From the NCBI GenBank assembly GCA_040756875.1, contig JBFLYH010000001.1:1452399-1516398 (forward strand): a DNA stretch of 64,000 nt, written 5' to 3'. Each line of letters opens with the position of its first letter. Within the stretch, counting starts at the first letter, position 1. A program made the position numbers and the translations under genes. Below are positions 35,101 to 45,680 of the stretch, piece by piece. This DNA is from a candidate division FCPU426 bacterium. GTDB taxonomy: Bacteria > Oederibacteriota > JAAXVQ01 > JAUVAV01. The notes beneath the pieces are model-generated. The model had not been told where the DNA came from. It saw only the letters and a program-made list of their open reading frames with translations, and searched no databases.

Positions 35101-37533
35101 CGGTTGAATATACGCATTCGCCTGCGGAATCGCGGTTGAAGTAGCTGTGGCCGTAGCTGTGAACGTCGGGGTCACAGTCGGCGTATCTGTCACAGTGAAC
35201 GTGGAAGTCACCGTAGCTGTCGGCGAATCCGTCGGGGTAGCGGTGAATGTCGGGGTGTCCGTTGGCGTCACCGTGAACGTCGGCGTATCCGTCGGCGTCG
35301 CCGTGAACGTCGGGGTGTCCGTCGGCGTCGCCGTGAACGTCGGGGTATCTGTCGGCGTTACCGTAAACGTCGGCGTATCCGTCGGCGTCGCCGTGAACGT
35401 CGGGGTATCTGTCGGCGTCGCCGTGAACGTCGGCGTATCGGTCGGCGTCACCGTAAACGTCGGCGTATCTGTCGGCGTTACCGTAAACGTCGGCGTATCC
35501 GTCGGCGTCGCCGTGAACGTCGGCGTATCTGTCGGCGTCGCCGTGAACGTCGGCGTATCTGTCGGCGTCGCCGTGAACGTCGGCGTATCTGTCGGCGTCA
35601 TCGTAAACGTCGGCGTGTCTGTCGGTGTCACCGTAAACGTCGGCGTATCTGTCGGCGTCACCGTAAACGTCGGCGTATCTGTCGGCGTCACCGTAAACGT
35701 CGGCGTGTCTGTCGGCGTCACCGTAAACGTCGGGGTATCCGTCGGTGTGACTGTAAACGTCGGGGAGTCCGTCGGCGTCACCGTAAACGTCGGTGTATCG
35801 GTCGGCGTCACCGTAAACGTCGGCGTATCGGTCGGCGTCACCGTAAACGTCGGCGTATCGGTCGGCGTCACCGTAAACGTCGGCGTATCGGTCGGCGTCA
35901 CCGTAAACGTCGGCGTGTCCGTCGGCGTCACCGTAAACGTCGGCGTATCTGTCGGCGTCACCGTAAACGTCGGCGTATCTGTCGGCGTCACCGTAAACGT
36001 CGGGGTGTCTGTCGGCGTCGCCGTGAAGGTCGGAGTATCCGTCGGTGTCACCGTGAACGTCGGCGTGTCCGTCGGCGTCGCCGTGAAGGTCGGAGTATCC
36101 GTCGGTGTCATTGTGAACGTCGGCGTGTCTGTCGGCGTCGCCGTATACGTCGGGGTGTCTGTCGGTGTCATTGTGAACGTCGGCGTGTCCGTCGGCGTCA
36201 TCGTGAACGTCGGCGTGTCCGTCGGCGTCATCGTGAACGTCGGTGTATCCGTCGGTGTGGCCGTAAACGTCGGCGTATCCGTCGGCGTGACTGTGAACGT
36301 GGCGGTAAACGTCGGGGTGTCGGTAAAACTGGGCGTGGCAGTCGACGTATCGGTATATGTCGGCGTGGCCGTGAACGTCGGGGTATCCGTGGAGGTTGCG
36401 GTGGCCGTGTAAACCTGGACATATTGATATTTACTCACCGGCGTCAATGCCACGTAAGCCCCGGTGTTCAGATACCCGGTCCAATAATAATAACCGCCCG
36501 TGCCCGGCGCGGTCGCCGTGAGCGTAATGCTGTCGAAAGAGCCTGCTGCCAACGGCGGCGAATAGGTCACTAAAATGCGTCCGCCGCTGATCACGACATC
36601 GCCCAATTGCACATTGGATACCGGCGTTTCCGGCACGGCCCAACCGCCCGGAATTTCGATGGACAGCGTGTCGAGCGTATCGCCGCCCTGGGTGATCAAG
36701 ACATATTCAAAGTCCCGGGTTTGCCAGGGATCGCTGGCGTTGGGTTGTATGTATCCATTGGCGCGAGGGAAAGGTGTGGCGGTCGGAGTGGGAGTGCTGG
36801 TGCTTGTGGGCGTGTCCGTGGGAGTGTCTGTGAACGAAGGGGTGTCCGTGGGCGTGACCGTATCCGTGGGCGTGTCCGTGGGGGTGTCCGTGTCCGTTGC
36901 CGTTGGTGTCGGGGTATCTGTCGCGGTATCGGTGGGCGTGATCGTGGAGGTCGGGGTATTGGTCGGCGTGGGCGTCACCGCGTCATCGCACACGCGCACA
37001 AAACCCACCTCGATGTATGTCCCGGCGGCCCCCTCCACGGATAATTGCACGTAAAATTGGTGCGAACCGGACCAGCCCGTAACCGCCGCATAGTCAAAAG
37101 CAAAGGTCCCGGTTTCAGCACTGGAACTGTTCAGGTCCCAGTAAGTGGAACTGCCGCCGATTTCCTGGATGCCGATTTTCCAGGTGGTGGAGGAAGAGAG
37201 GCCGGCGATATTGACTTCGACCATGTTATAGGTACTGACATCGCAGGTGAGGGCAGGCGAAAAAACCTTGCCCCAGGTATCTTCAGCTGTCCTAGTCACT
37301 GCCGCCAGGGAGGTGGTATAGGAAAAGGCGATGTCGGCGTTGTACGTATTGTCGTCGGTTTCATCGGTCCAGGCCACCGGTTGGTCGCCTGCGGTTCCTG
37401 TGAGGTCGTCAAACCAGAAATCAGCGGCTGCCGCTGAATGAGACAGGCCCCATCCGGCTGACAGCATCAGGATCGAAAGCAGCCGCACGCACCATCCGCT
37501 GCCAGACCGTCTTATCGGAGGCCGTATGGACAC
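32149..37533 (-). CDS. Large secreted Thr/Pro-repeat protein with three repeated ~120-aa domains and T9SS/FlgD-like C-terminal domain
   Basis: Signal peptide; 3x (IQP...FEY...ITLTATAPGTGG.YYW..YLN); C-terminal YPNPF...IYNVVGELVR...WDGRNGSG...GLYF. Confidence 0.88.
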   Translation of the reverse strand: MSIRPPIRRSGSGWCVRLLSILMLSAGWGLSHSAAAADFWFDDLTGTAGDQPVAWTDETDDNTYNADIAFSYTTSLAAVTRTAEDTWGKVFSPALTCDVSTYNMVEVNIAGLSSSTTWKIGIQEIGGSSTYWDLNSSSAETGTFAFDYAAVTGWSGSHQFYVQLSVEGAAGTYIEVGFVRVCDDAVTPTPTNTPTSTITPTDTATDTPTPTATDTDTPTDTPTDTVTPTDTPSFTDTPTDTPTSTSTPTPTATPFPRANGYIQPNASDPWQTRDFEYVLITQGGDTLDTLSIEIPGGWAVPETPVSNVQLGDVVISGGRILVTYSPPLAAGSFDSITLTATAPGTGGYYYWTGYLNTGAYVALTPVSKYQYVQVYTATATSTDTPTFTATPTYTDTSTATPSFTDTPTFTATFTVTPTDTPTFTATPTDTPTFTMTPTDTPTFTMTPTDTPTFTMTPTDTPTYTATPTDTPTFTMTPTDTPTFTATPTDTPTFTVTPTDTPTFTATPTDTPTFTVTPTDTPTFTVTPTDTPTFTVTPTDTPTFTVTPTDTPTFTVTPTDTPTFTVTPTDTPTFTVTPTDTPTFTVTPTDSPTFTVTPTDTPTFTVTPTDTPTFTVTPTDTPTFTVTPTDTPTFTVTPTDTPTFTMTPTDTPTFTATPTDTPTFTATPTDTPTFTATPTDTPTFTVTPTDTPTFTVTPTDTPTFTATPTDTPTFTATPTDTPTFTVTPTDTPTFTATPTDTPTFTATPTDTPTFTVTPTDTPTFTATPTDSPTATVTSTFTVTDTPTVTPTFTATATATSTAIPQANAYIQPIASDPWQIRDFEYVLITTGGVVDTLYIEIPAGWSVPGTPVSNVQMGNVAFNGGRIMVTYSPPLASGAFDSITLTATAPGTGGYYYWSGYLNNGAYAAATPASKVQYVQVYTATATSTHTPTFTATPTDTATFTATPTDTATFTATPTDTATFTATPTDTATFTATPTDTATFTATPTDTATFTATPTDTATFTATPTDTATFTATPTDTATFTATPTDTATFTATPTDTATFTATPTDTATFTATPTDTATFTATPTDTATFTATPTDTATFTATPTDTATFTATPTDTATFTATPTDTATFTSTPTDTATFTSTPTDTATSTATQTATPTATDTPTVTPTPTDTSTVTATPTVTSTITPAADAHIQPNTVLLNQTQNFEYTVIARSLGDINQVYISIPNGWTVPMTPSSNVLGGLVSFAGSQIQITYASPWSAGAYDSITLTATAPGTGGVYYWSSYLNDGTYQTTTTVTKVQYVSVITATSTVTPTFTVTPTDTATFTATPTDTPVFTATPTDTATSTPTFTQTPTYTVTATQTGTSTQTLTYTQTGTFTQTETVTMTSTQTSTPTPSATATQTQTITPTSTITPTVTPTPVYQLVLIVPNEFFTPGTPPGKAGVIVPVDAGYLVSITVRVLNMTTYQIVPLNDSLALSTSAAPNQVRDLPATVTLANGEATFNVRFMEPNLTYTITAQDTTNTFVLDGVTDPIPVDTGPRPGNPYVYVGHASLAPITAITGEPGVDMLELEFTNPNSTGSALYQLRGVTLTVQDHLGAGIPANDILSTITVWDGAAILVSVNVTSATDRQFVGFPALAVTIAPDEPHILRIQVNLNPASSRESLRLGVSTDAEVDCRFLDDVGMQVRPAFGDVFPMFSNEVVITRRSLASSYINYPNPFAAGRQSTSIDYFLESDARVSLKIYNVVGELVRVLVGEETQTGASILRHIPWDGRNGSGQVVLNGLYFAVLEITPAAGGETKRHMLKIAVIK
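34141..34740. repeat. 30-bp coding tandem repeat, ~20 copies (TPTDTATFTA)
   Basis: cgccgtatccgtcggcgtcgctgtgaacgt repeated head-to-tail. Confidence 0.97.
35221..36390. repeat. 30-bp coding tandem repeat, ~35-39 copies (TPTDTPTFT[V/A/M])
   Basis: cggcgtatc(c/t/g)gtcggcgtcaccgtaaacgt repeated head-to-tail. Confidence 0.97.
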
Positions 37534-37923
37534 TTAGGCTTCCTTTCTCACGCAAAGAATCGACGGCTGATACCCGGATGCCCCTGCCTCCGGCCGCTGA
37601 AAGCGTCCGGCCGGAAAAAAGCGAAAACAACCCGCATTACCCGCGGACAGGGCATGGGGCGCCGGAAGCAAGTTTTCAAATAAAAAAAACGCGACCACGC
37701 TCATGCCCATCCTCGACAACCGGGTCTAATATTTTTGAAAAAGACAAAAAATCCCTTAAAAATTAGACTTGGGACGTTTCATCGCGGTTCCAACTAATAA
37801 TATGGAATATACGGCACCGATAGAAACATCGTTTTTTGGCGGATATTCTCCCGGGCATCTTAAAAACTGACAAAATATCCGACCCAAAAAACACAGAATC
37901 CGCCTGTAATTAACGCATTTTAC

Positions 37924-37952
37924 ATTATACCCGATGCAAGTCCAACCGGCAA
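37924..37952 (-). promoter_or_regulatory. Putative sigma70 promoter of the large exoprotein gene
   Basis: TTGCCG-17-TATAAT on the minus strand, divergent from the 6S promoter. Confidence 0.5.
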
Positions 37953-37993
37953 ATGCAAAATATCAATTGTGAATCAGGTGGATTCTTGTCCAA

Positions 37994-38022
37994 TTGAAAT
38001 CTTTCGGCTATTGTGCTATTTT
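37994..38022 (+). promoter_or_regulatory. Putative promoter of 6S RNA
   Basis: TTGAAA-17-TATTTT with extended TG, just 5' of the RNA stem. Confidence 0.5.
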
Positions 38023-38029
38023 TTATGTC

Positions 38030-38199
38030 GCCTGCGGTGTTGGTGATGGAGCCGCCAATCCCGAACCTACGAGCAGAAAAAGGGAGCCGTGTCCGGCAGG
38101 CCAGTGCGTTCTCCCCGATGGGAACGCCAAACCCTGCCCTTTGGTTCCCACCTGTATAACAGGGTTCAGTGCATGGCTGCTTCACACGGCATCGCGGGT
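38030..38199 (+). ncRNA. ssrS: 6S RNA
   Basis: Closing stem cctgcggtg/catcgcggg; gaacc/ggttc and gggagcc/ggttccc helices around a central bubble; ~170 nt; upstream of rny as in many lineages. Confidence 0.78.
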
Positions 38200-38241
38200 T
38201 TATTTTTCCCAGCCGGACTATTGCGCCCCAGGGGTTGTTTC

Positions 38242-38270
38242 TTGACAACCTAGGGCACGAGGTTTATAAT
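38242..38270 (+). promoter_or_regulatory. Perfect consensus sigma70 promoter upstream of rny
   Basis: TTGACA-17 bp-TATAAT. Confidence 0.85.
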
Positions 38271-38506
38271 TTCCTAAACCGGTCGTTCGATCGGATACTA
38301 TATATATCTGCAGCGGATGTGATGGACGCATGCGCTCCCGGGTGGGACGCGTGCAGGATAAAATGACGGGTGATAATAAAAAAATGGGTTTTTTCAGGGT
38401 TAGGTTTCGTTTATACGCAGTGAATACCATGAACGTATAGTCATTCACCCGTTTTTTTCCGTTTGTCCTTCCTCTGCCTCCGCTGCCGGTCAAGGAGGCT
38501 TTTCCC

Positions 38507-40063
<1,557 letters not shown>

Positions 40064-40091
40064 GCGCGCCTGACAGGCTGGTAGGACGGAT

Positions 40092-40895
40092 ATGCCGGAA
40101 CCAACCACCAGGATGCTATTGATCGGGGATGTGATGGGCGAACCCGGCCGCGAGGCCTTGAGCCGCTTGTTGCCGGGCCTCAAACAGGACCTGCGTCCCC
40201 ACCTGACCATCGTCAATGCCGAAAACGCCGCGGGCGGTTTTGGCCTGACCCCGGAAATCGCCCATGAGCTTTTCCGCCTGGGTGCGGATGCGCTGACCTC
40301 GGGCAACCACATCTGGGACAAGAAACAGATCCTGCCCTTTCTCGACCAGGAACCCCGGCTGCTGCGGCCGGCCAATTATCCCGAGGGCGCGCCTGGCCGG
40401 GGGTGGCAGGTATTTGAACCCATGGTAGGCGCCCCAAAAATCGGCGTGATCAACCTCGAAGGCCGGGTGTATATGCACACCCTCGACGACCCTTTCAGCC
40501 TGGGCCGCAAACTTCTGCAGAACGTCCGCCGCGAAACGCCGCTGGTCATCATCGATTTTCATGCGGAAATCACCTCTGAAAAACGCGCCCTGGGCTGGTA
40601 TCTCGACGGGTTGGCCACTGCGGTCATCGGCACCCACACCCATGTCCAGACTGCGGACGAGGAAATCCTTCCCGGCGGCACTGCCTATCTGACGGACGTG
40701 GGCATGACCGGCTCGCGTGACTCGGTCATCGGCGTGAAAAAGGAGGACGCCATTCACCGTTTTGTGAAGCAGACGCCCTCCCGTTTCACCCCGGCCACCG
40801 GGCGCTTATGGATCAACGCTGCGCTGGTGGAAGCGGATTCCGCCAGCGGCAAAGCCCTGCGCATCCAGCGGATCCAAAAGAGCCTGGAGGCCTGA
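40092..40895 (+). CDS. ymdB: YmdB-family (TIGR00282) metallophosphoesterase
   Basis: GDVMG, NAENAAGG, GNHIWD, DFHAE, GTHTHV; follows rny. Confidence 0.94.
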   Translation: MPEPTTRMLLIGDVMGEPGREALSRLLPGLKQDLRPHLTIVNAENAAGGFGLTPEIAHELFRLGADALTSGNHIWDKKQILPFLDQEPRLLRPANYPEGAPGRGWQVFEPMVGAPKIGVINLEGRVYMHTLDDPFSLGRKLLQNVRRETPLVIIDFHAEITSEKRALGWYLDGLATAVIGTHTHVQTADEEILPGGTAYLTDVGMTGSRDSVIGVKKEDAIHRFVKQTPSRFTPATGRLWINAALVEADSASGKALRIQRIQKSLEA

Positions 40896-40898
40896 ACC

Positions 40899-41513
40899 CT
40901 AGCTTCCCTCCCCCGGTTGCTTAAGCACGATTTCCACCGCCTGCGCTGCGTTTCCTTGCCCGGAATAAGTCACTTGCGCCTTAGTCCCTGCCGCCAAACC
41001 CGCTAAAGTCTCCCGTGAACGGCGCAGTACCAAGGTCCTGGGCGTGCGCTCCACCCGGATCACCTGGCCAAAGCGGTTGCAAACCGTCAATGGTTCCGGC
41101 TTTTGGATGCGCGCCGTCAGGGAGGTGGTGCGGGCGCGGTCCGGATAGGCAGCACCGGTCCGCTGTTTTTTTGCCTCCTGCCAGCGGCTTTCTTCAGGCG
41201 CCAGACATTGAATGCGCGTGGCGGTAAAAACGTCGTTTTGACCGCGCCCGTTCATTCGTACCAGCATGCCGGCTGCGAGTTCGCCGGCCGCGAGTTCGCT
41301 TTCCTTCCAGATTTTGGTTTCGTCATTCACCCGGAACTGCAGCGCCTGACCTTTTCCTGGCATCCGCAGGCTCCACTCTCCCTGGCTGTTGGTCGTCAAT
41401 TCACCGGTCGCGGTACGCGTTTTTGCGGCTGCTGCCGCCTGGGTGCTCCAGGCGCACGCCCAACAAACCCCGGCCACCAAAACCATTCCCAGCCTCGACT
41501 TCCACTTTTTCAT
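40899..41513 (-). CDS. Hypothetical exported protein with two small OB-like beta modules (DUF5666-like)
   Basis: Signal peptide; two repeats of 'T..+....L.aG..V' type; family call tentative. Confidence 0.6.
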   Translation of the reverse strand: MKKWKSRLGMVLVAGVCWACAWSTQAAAAAKTRTATGELTTNSQGEWSLRMPGKGQALQFRVNDETKIWKESELAAGELAAGMLVRMNGRGQNDVFTATRIQCLAPEESRWQEAKKQRTGAAYPDRARTTSLTARIQKPEPLTVCNRFGQVIRVERTPRTLVLRRSRETLAGLAAGTKAQVTYSGQGNAAQAVEIVLKQPGEGS

Positions 41514-41756
41514 TTTCCACCCCCTATATGAATTGAACTGCATCCTACTCATTGGACCGGGAGAAAATATTTTTCATGCGGTTTTTTTCAGGGGTGAATT
41601 TTATTAGTTTGAACACTCAGGGTCTGATTTCGCCGGGCGTTTCAGGCAAACCGGCACGAACACGCCAAGAGGAACGGAGGTCCTTCGGGCTTTTTCGTTA
41701 TGCGGGAGGATGCAAAGGAAGGCAAGCTTGCCCAGACAGCCACGGAAGGCCGCGGA

Positions 41757-42320
41757 TCAATCCCAGGTGATGAGCCACTTCCATTGGTTGGGATCCGCAT
41801 CATCCGGCGTGATTTGCACGTTCTTGACGCCGGTCAGATTTAATGCGCCCTTGAGATAGCCGGTCACGGTTTCCCTTGATTCCGCCGGCAGTTCGGGATA
41901 TTTTTCGACAAAGAGAGTGGCGCGTTTGGAGGCGTAGTCCGCTTCGGTCCTGGCTACGCCCCGCTTGTAATACTTGTCCCACAGTTTGGCCGTCTGATTG
42001 ACCAAGGCGGGTATGCTGATGACTTTCAACAGCACCCGGTATACCCCCTGCAGGTCGTACTCGGCTTCAGCAGCGCTCAAGCGCTGCAGCGGCGCCGGAT
42101 CACCGGGAAAAAGAATTTGTGCGCCCCGTTTCAGAATCCGGACGTAATTGTATATCGGCATCCAGGACACGGGCAGACAATTTTTATACTGCATGGTTTC
42201 TTCCGGGTTTAATTGGGAGAGGAATTCCTCTTCCTGGCCTGCGGCAGACTGCTTGAACAATTCGCGCATGAAAACAATTCCGGCGGCCTTCATTTCCATG
42301 GTCTCCATGTCCTGCTCCAA
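41757..42320 (-). CDS. Hypothetical protein (DUF2378/V4R-like)
   Basis: SWMP, LQGVYRVLLK, LWDKYY, terminal W; abuts anti-sigma stop; family call tentative. Confidence 0.65.
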   Translation of the reverse strand: MEQDMETMEMKAAGIVFMRELFKQSAAGQEEEFLSQLNPEETMQYKNCLPVSWMPIYNYVRILKRGAQILFPGDPAPLQRLSAAEAEYDLQGVYRVLLKVISIPALVNQTAKLWDKYYKRGVARTEADYASKRATLFVEKYPELPAESRETVTGYLKGALNLTGVKNVQITPDDADPNQWKWLITWD

Positions 42321-43247
42321 TCAGTCAAGCACCTGTTTTTTCCACCGGGTTTCCCAATTTCCGTCTCCACCCAGATCCTTGACCGCCTGCTGCAACCGCT
42401 CGGGTTCAGACTTCCCGGCCGAGCCATCCAGGCTGTTACGGAGCCGCCGCGCCACTTCAGCGGCGTTCGTTTGCGGCAGCTCCCCGCAGGCAGCAGCCAG
42501 CAAGCCGGGATGCAGGCGAAAATCCGCTGCCAGCTTGAGCAGAGCTGCGGGGCTGGCTTGCAACCCGGCCATTCGTTGCCCGGCCTCTTCCCTGCTCCAG
42601 GCGTCGAACCGCTCCAAGTCATAATGAGTATCGGCAGACAACGCAGGTAGATTGAGCTCAGTCAGGCCCGGCGTTCGCGAACCGGAAAGGTTGCCGGCTG
42701 ATCCGGAGATGTATGCCTGGCCGTCGAGACGCGCGGGCTGGCGACGCCGTGCATCCGGCAGTTTGCCGCTGCTTACGGATTGGATATCCCCCTCTGCCAC
42801 GCCCCTCACCTGTCCGCGATAGTCGGGTTGGGAACCCGGCGCAGGCGTTTCGACCTGTTCCAATGATTCCGCCGCTGGTTGCGGCTTCACCGCTTTATCC
42901 GTCCTGGCCGCCTGCCGGTCCATGGCCACGAACACGCCGATCAAGCCCAGCAGCACCAGGCCGGCGGCGGTCAGGCCTGCGCCCGGCGAGGAAAAACCGC
43001 CTCCAGGCCGTTGCGGGCCCTTGGCGCCGGTCTTCAGCCGCGCCATGATTTTTTCCCGGAATTCCGCAGGGACCTGCGCCAGGGGCGGCGCGGCGGCGTT
43101 TAGCTGTCCGGCCAGGGCGCGCAATCCCTCCAGCTCCACGCGGGCCTCGGGGTCGCGCGCCAGCAGTTCTTCGGCCTGGCGTCGCTGTTCAGGGCTGACC
43201 TGGTTGTCGAGATAGGCGGACAACAACTGTCTCTGTTCGTCGGTCAT
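42321..43247 (-). CDS. Transmembrane anti-sigma factor
   Basis: LLSAYLD...RDPEAR anti-sigma N-terminus without zinc ligands; single TM; overlaps sigma gene by 4 bp. Confidence 0.82.
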   Translation of the reverse strand: MTDEQRQLLSAYLDNQVSPEQRRQAEELLARDPEARVELEGLRALAGQLNAAAPPLAQVPAEFREKIMARLKTGAKGPQRPGGGFSSPGAGLTAAGLVLLGLIGVFVAMDRQAARTDKAVKPQPAAESLEQVETPAPGSQPDYRGQVRGVAEGDIQSVSSGKLPDARRRQPARLDGQAYISGSAGNLSGSRTPGLTELNLPALSADTHYDLERFDAWSREEAGQRMAGLQASPAALLKLAADFRLHPGLLAAACGELPQTNAAEVARRLRNSLDGSAGKSEPERLQQAVKDLGGDGNWETRWKKQVLD

Positions 43248-43849
43248 CGGCCGGGTCCCCCTTTTCTTCCGAGCAAACGCCGGAGGTTTTGGCGGGCGCG
43301 GTACAAACAGGACGCCACAGTGGTCAGGCGCAGTCCCATGACTTCGGCGATTTCATCATACCGCATCCGCTCGAAATGGCACAGAACAACCGCCTGCCTC
43401 TGTTCCGGCGGCAGGGCGGCGACCGCTTCTGCCACGCGGACAGCAAAATCTTTGCGGTCCAGGGCGTCGTCCGGCATTTCGGCCTTGGGGTCGCGCAGGA
43501 CCGGGGGCGGCGCCTCTTCCGTGCCGGCGTCCAGGGAAACGGTCCGCCGGTGGCGGTGACGTTCCAGAATGCTGAAGCAGTGGTTGGTCGTCACCCGGTA
43601 CAGCCAGGTCGAAAATGCCGAACGTCCCTTGAAGCTTTTGATCCGTTTAAACACCTTGAGAAATATTTCCTGCGCTTCATCCAGGGCGCTTTGATAATCC
43701 CGCAGGTAGCGCAGGGCCAGGGTCACGACGCGCTGTTCATAGCGGCTGATGAGCACGTTGAAGGCTTCGGTATCGCCCTTCTGGCAGCGGCTGATGATGT
43801 CCGCTTCGGGCAGTTGCGCGTAGTGGGGATCCAGGGGATAGGCGGCCAT
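43244..43849 (-). CDS. ECF sigma-70 factor
   Basis: [30 protein letters not shown]...V...LYRAR. Confidence 0.95.
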   Translation of the reverse strand: MAAYPLDPHYAQLPEADIISRCQKGDTEAFNVLISRYEQRVVTLALRYLRDYQSALDEAQEIFLKVFKRIKSFKGRSAFSTWLYRVTTNHCFSILERHRHRRTVSLDAGTEEAPPPVLRDPKAEMPDDALDRKDFAVRVAEAVAALPPEQRQAVVLCHFERMRYDEIAEVMGLRLTTVASCLYRARQNLRRLLGRKGGPGR

Positions 43850-43860
43850 GGCGTCCTACG

Positions 43861-44757
43861 CTACATTCCCTGCAGGAGGCGGATGATGATGGGTCCGAAG
43901 AGCACGAGAAAAACCACGGGGAAGATGAACAGAATGAGGGGAAACAAAAGCTTAACCGGGGCTTCCAGCGCCTGCTTCTCGATTTCCTGCGACCGCTTGG
44001 TGCGCAACTGCGCGGCCTGGTTCTTAAGGGTCGCGGCCACGCTGACGCCGAGGCGCTCCGCCTGGATCAGGGACGTGACGAAAGTGCCGAAGGTGGGGTC
44101 GTCCACGCGCTGGGCCATGGCTTCGAGGGCGTCGCGGCGCGCCTGGCCCATTTGAATGGCCCGTAGGAGCTCCCGGAACTCCACGGCCAGGTAGCCGCGG
44201 CGGCCGCGCTCCATGAACACGCCCACCGCCTGCTCGAAATTCAAGCCGGCTTCCATGCACGAGGCCAGCAGGTCCAGGGCCGATGGCAGTTCCTGCAGGG
44301 TTTTCCGGCGCCTGAGCTGATCCTGCTCCCGCAGCCAGAGATCCGGCAGGAAAAACGCGGCTGCTCCCAGCGCCAGGCTGGCCAGCCAGCCGGCGCCCAG
44401 CAGCCACCCCAGCAGCAGCCCTCCCAGCAGGCTCAGCTCCTTGGCCGCCAGCCATTCGGCGCCTGAGCGCTGCGCCCAACGCGGATAATAGACCAGCTTT
44501 TTCCTCAATTCGCGCTCCCAGGCCGGAGCCACCCAGCGCACCTGCCAGCCGGCCAGCACGGGAAGGGTGCGGAAAAACAAATCAACCAGCGGTTCCTTGC
44601 GGCGGGGCCCAGGGGCAGCCACTGCGGACCCGGCCACTTGCGAGCCAACGGCCACGGCTTCCCGCTGCAACCGGCCGGCCTGCAGCCGGCGCAGCAGGTC
44701 TTGGGCCAGCAGGAACACAGCGACAAAAATCAGCAGTGGAATCAGCCAAGCAAACAT
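43861..44757 (-). CDS. tadC: Tad inner-membrane platform protein TadC
   Basis: LPSALDLL...EAG, QAERLG, APVKLLFPLILFIFP. Confidence 0.9.
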   Translation of the reverse strand: MFAWLIPLLIFVAVFLLAQDLLRRLQAGRLQREAVAVGSQVAGSAVAAPGPRRKEPLVDLFFRTLPVLAGWQVRWVAPAWERELRKKLVYYPRWAQRSGAEWLAAKELSLLGGLLLGWLLGAGWLASLALGAAAFFLPDLWLREQDQLRRRKTLQELPSALDLLASCMEAGLNFEQAVGVFMERGRRGYLAVEFRELLRAIQMGQARRDALEAMAQRVDDPTFGTFVTSLIQAERLGVSVAATLKNQAAQLRTKRSQEIEKQALEAPVKLLFPLILFIFPVVFLVLFGPIIIRLLQGM

Positions 44758-44764
44758 AAGAACC

Positions 44765-45670
44765 TCAGACCTCGATATTGACGATTTGTCTGATAAAAAA
44801 AGCGCCCACCAGTTCCAGCACCGCGCCCGCGGCCAGAATGACCCAGCCCAGCGGATGGCGGAGAAAATCAGTGATGAGCGGCGGATCCAAAACCGCGAGA
44901 ATCAGCAGCAGCCCCACGGGCAGGATGCCCACCACCCAGCCGGACAACTTGCCCTGCGCGGTCAGCGCGTCGATCCGGCCCTTAAGGCGGAAGCGCTCGC
45001 GCACGGTTTCCACCAGCCGGGCCGTGACTTCGGCCAGGTTGCCGCCTGTGCGCAAGGACACGCCAGCTGCGACCACGAACAGTTCCAGGTCAGCATGCGG
45101 CCAGCGTTTGAGCATTTTTTCCAGCGCCTCTTCCGGGGCCAGCCCCAGGCGGCAGTCCCGCACCACGGATAAAAATTCCAGGCGTATGGGCGACGGCGCT
45201 TCCTGCGCCACGACTTCCAACGCCTGGACCAGGGACAGTCCGGCGCGCAGGGAATTTCCCACCAGACTCAGGGCATCCGGAAGCTGCTGGCCCAGGGTCC
45301 GCAGACGCTGCTGTTTCCACAGCGCCACCAGAAGCGGCGGCAAATAGTAACCCAAGGTCATGCCCGCCACGGCCCAGAGCAGGCGCTCGACTTCGAGCCA
45401 GCCGCCGTTCGCCAGCAGGTAGCCGACGATCATGCCCGCCAGGGCGGTCTGGCTGCGCCGGCGCAGCCACTCCTCGGGATTCCGCCACCAGCGGATGGAT
45501 TGGACTTGAGCGCGGCCGGGAGCAGGCGCGGGTATTGCGGCGGACCGCCCGCGCTCCCAACGGCTCCTCAGCCTCTCCAGCCACTCCGGCCGCCATCCCG
45601 CGGCCAGCAGATAGACCGCGAAAAAGACGGAGGCAATGGCCAAGTATTTAACCGCCGGAAAGAGCGACAT
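44765..45670 (-). CDS. tadB: Tad inner-membrane platform protein TadB
   Basis: QLPDAL...LRAG, TGGNLAE, ALTAQGKLSG. Confidence 0.9.
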   Translation of the reverse strand: MSLFPAVKYLAIASVFFAVYLLAAGWRPEWLERLRSRWERGRSAAIPAPAPGRAQVQSIRWWRNPEEWLRRRSQTALAGMIVGYLLANGGWLEVERLLWAVAGMTLGYYLPPLLVALWKQQRLRTLGQQLPDALSLVGNSLRAGLSLVQALEVVAQEAPSPIRLEFLSVVRDCRLGLAPEEALEKMLKRWPHADLELFVVAAGVSLRTGGNLAEVTARLVETVRERFRLKGRIDALTAQGKLSGWVVGILPVGLLLILAVLDPPLITDFLRHPLGWVILAAGAVLELVGAFFIRQIVNIEV

Positions 45671-45680
45671 GGTCCGTATT

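Noticed and set aside
34141-36390. 30-bp repeat arrays as CRISPR
   Set aside because: Units are head-to-tail with no unique spacers, vary mainly at synonymous positions of a coding frame, and no cas genes are present
33922-36412. Arg-rich and Val-rich ORFs (33922..34833, 34037..34774, 34056..34817, 35147..36412)
   Set aside because: Alternative-frame shadows of the stop-free tandem repeat in the Thr/Pro protein
37925-38366. Small ORFs in the 6S region
   Set aside because: Better explained by the 6S RNA structure and two promoters
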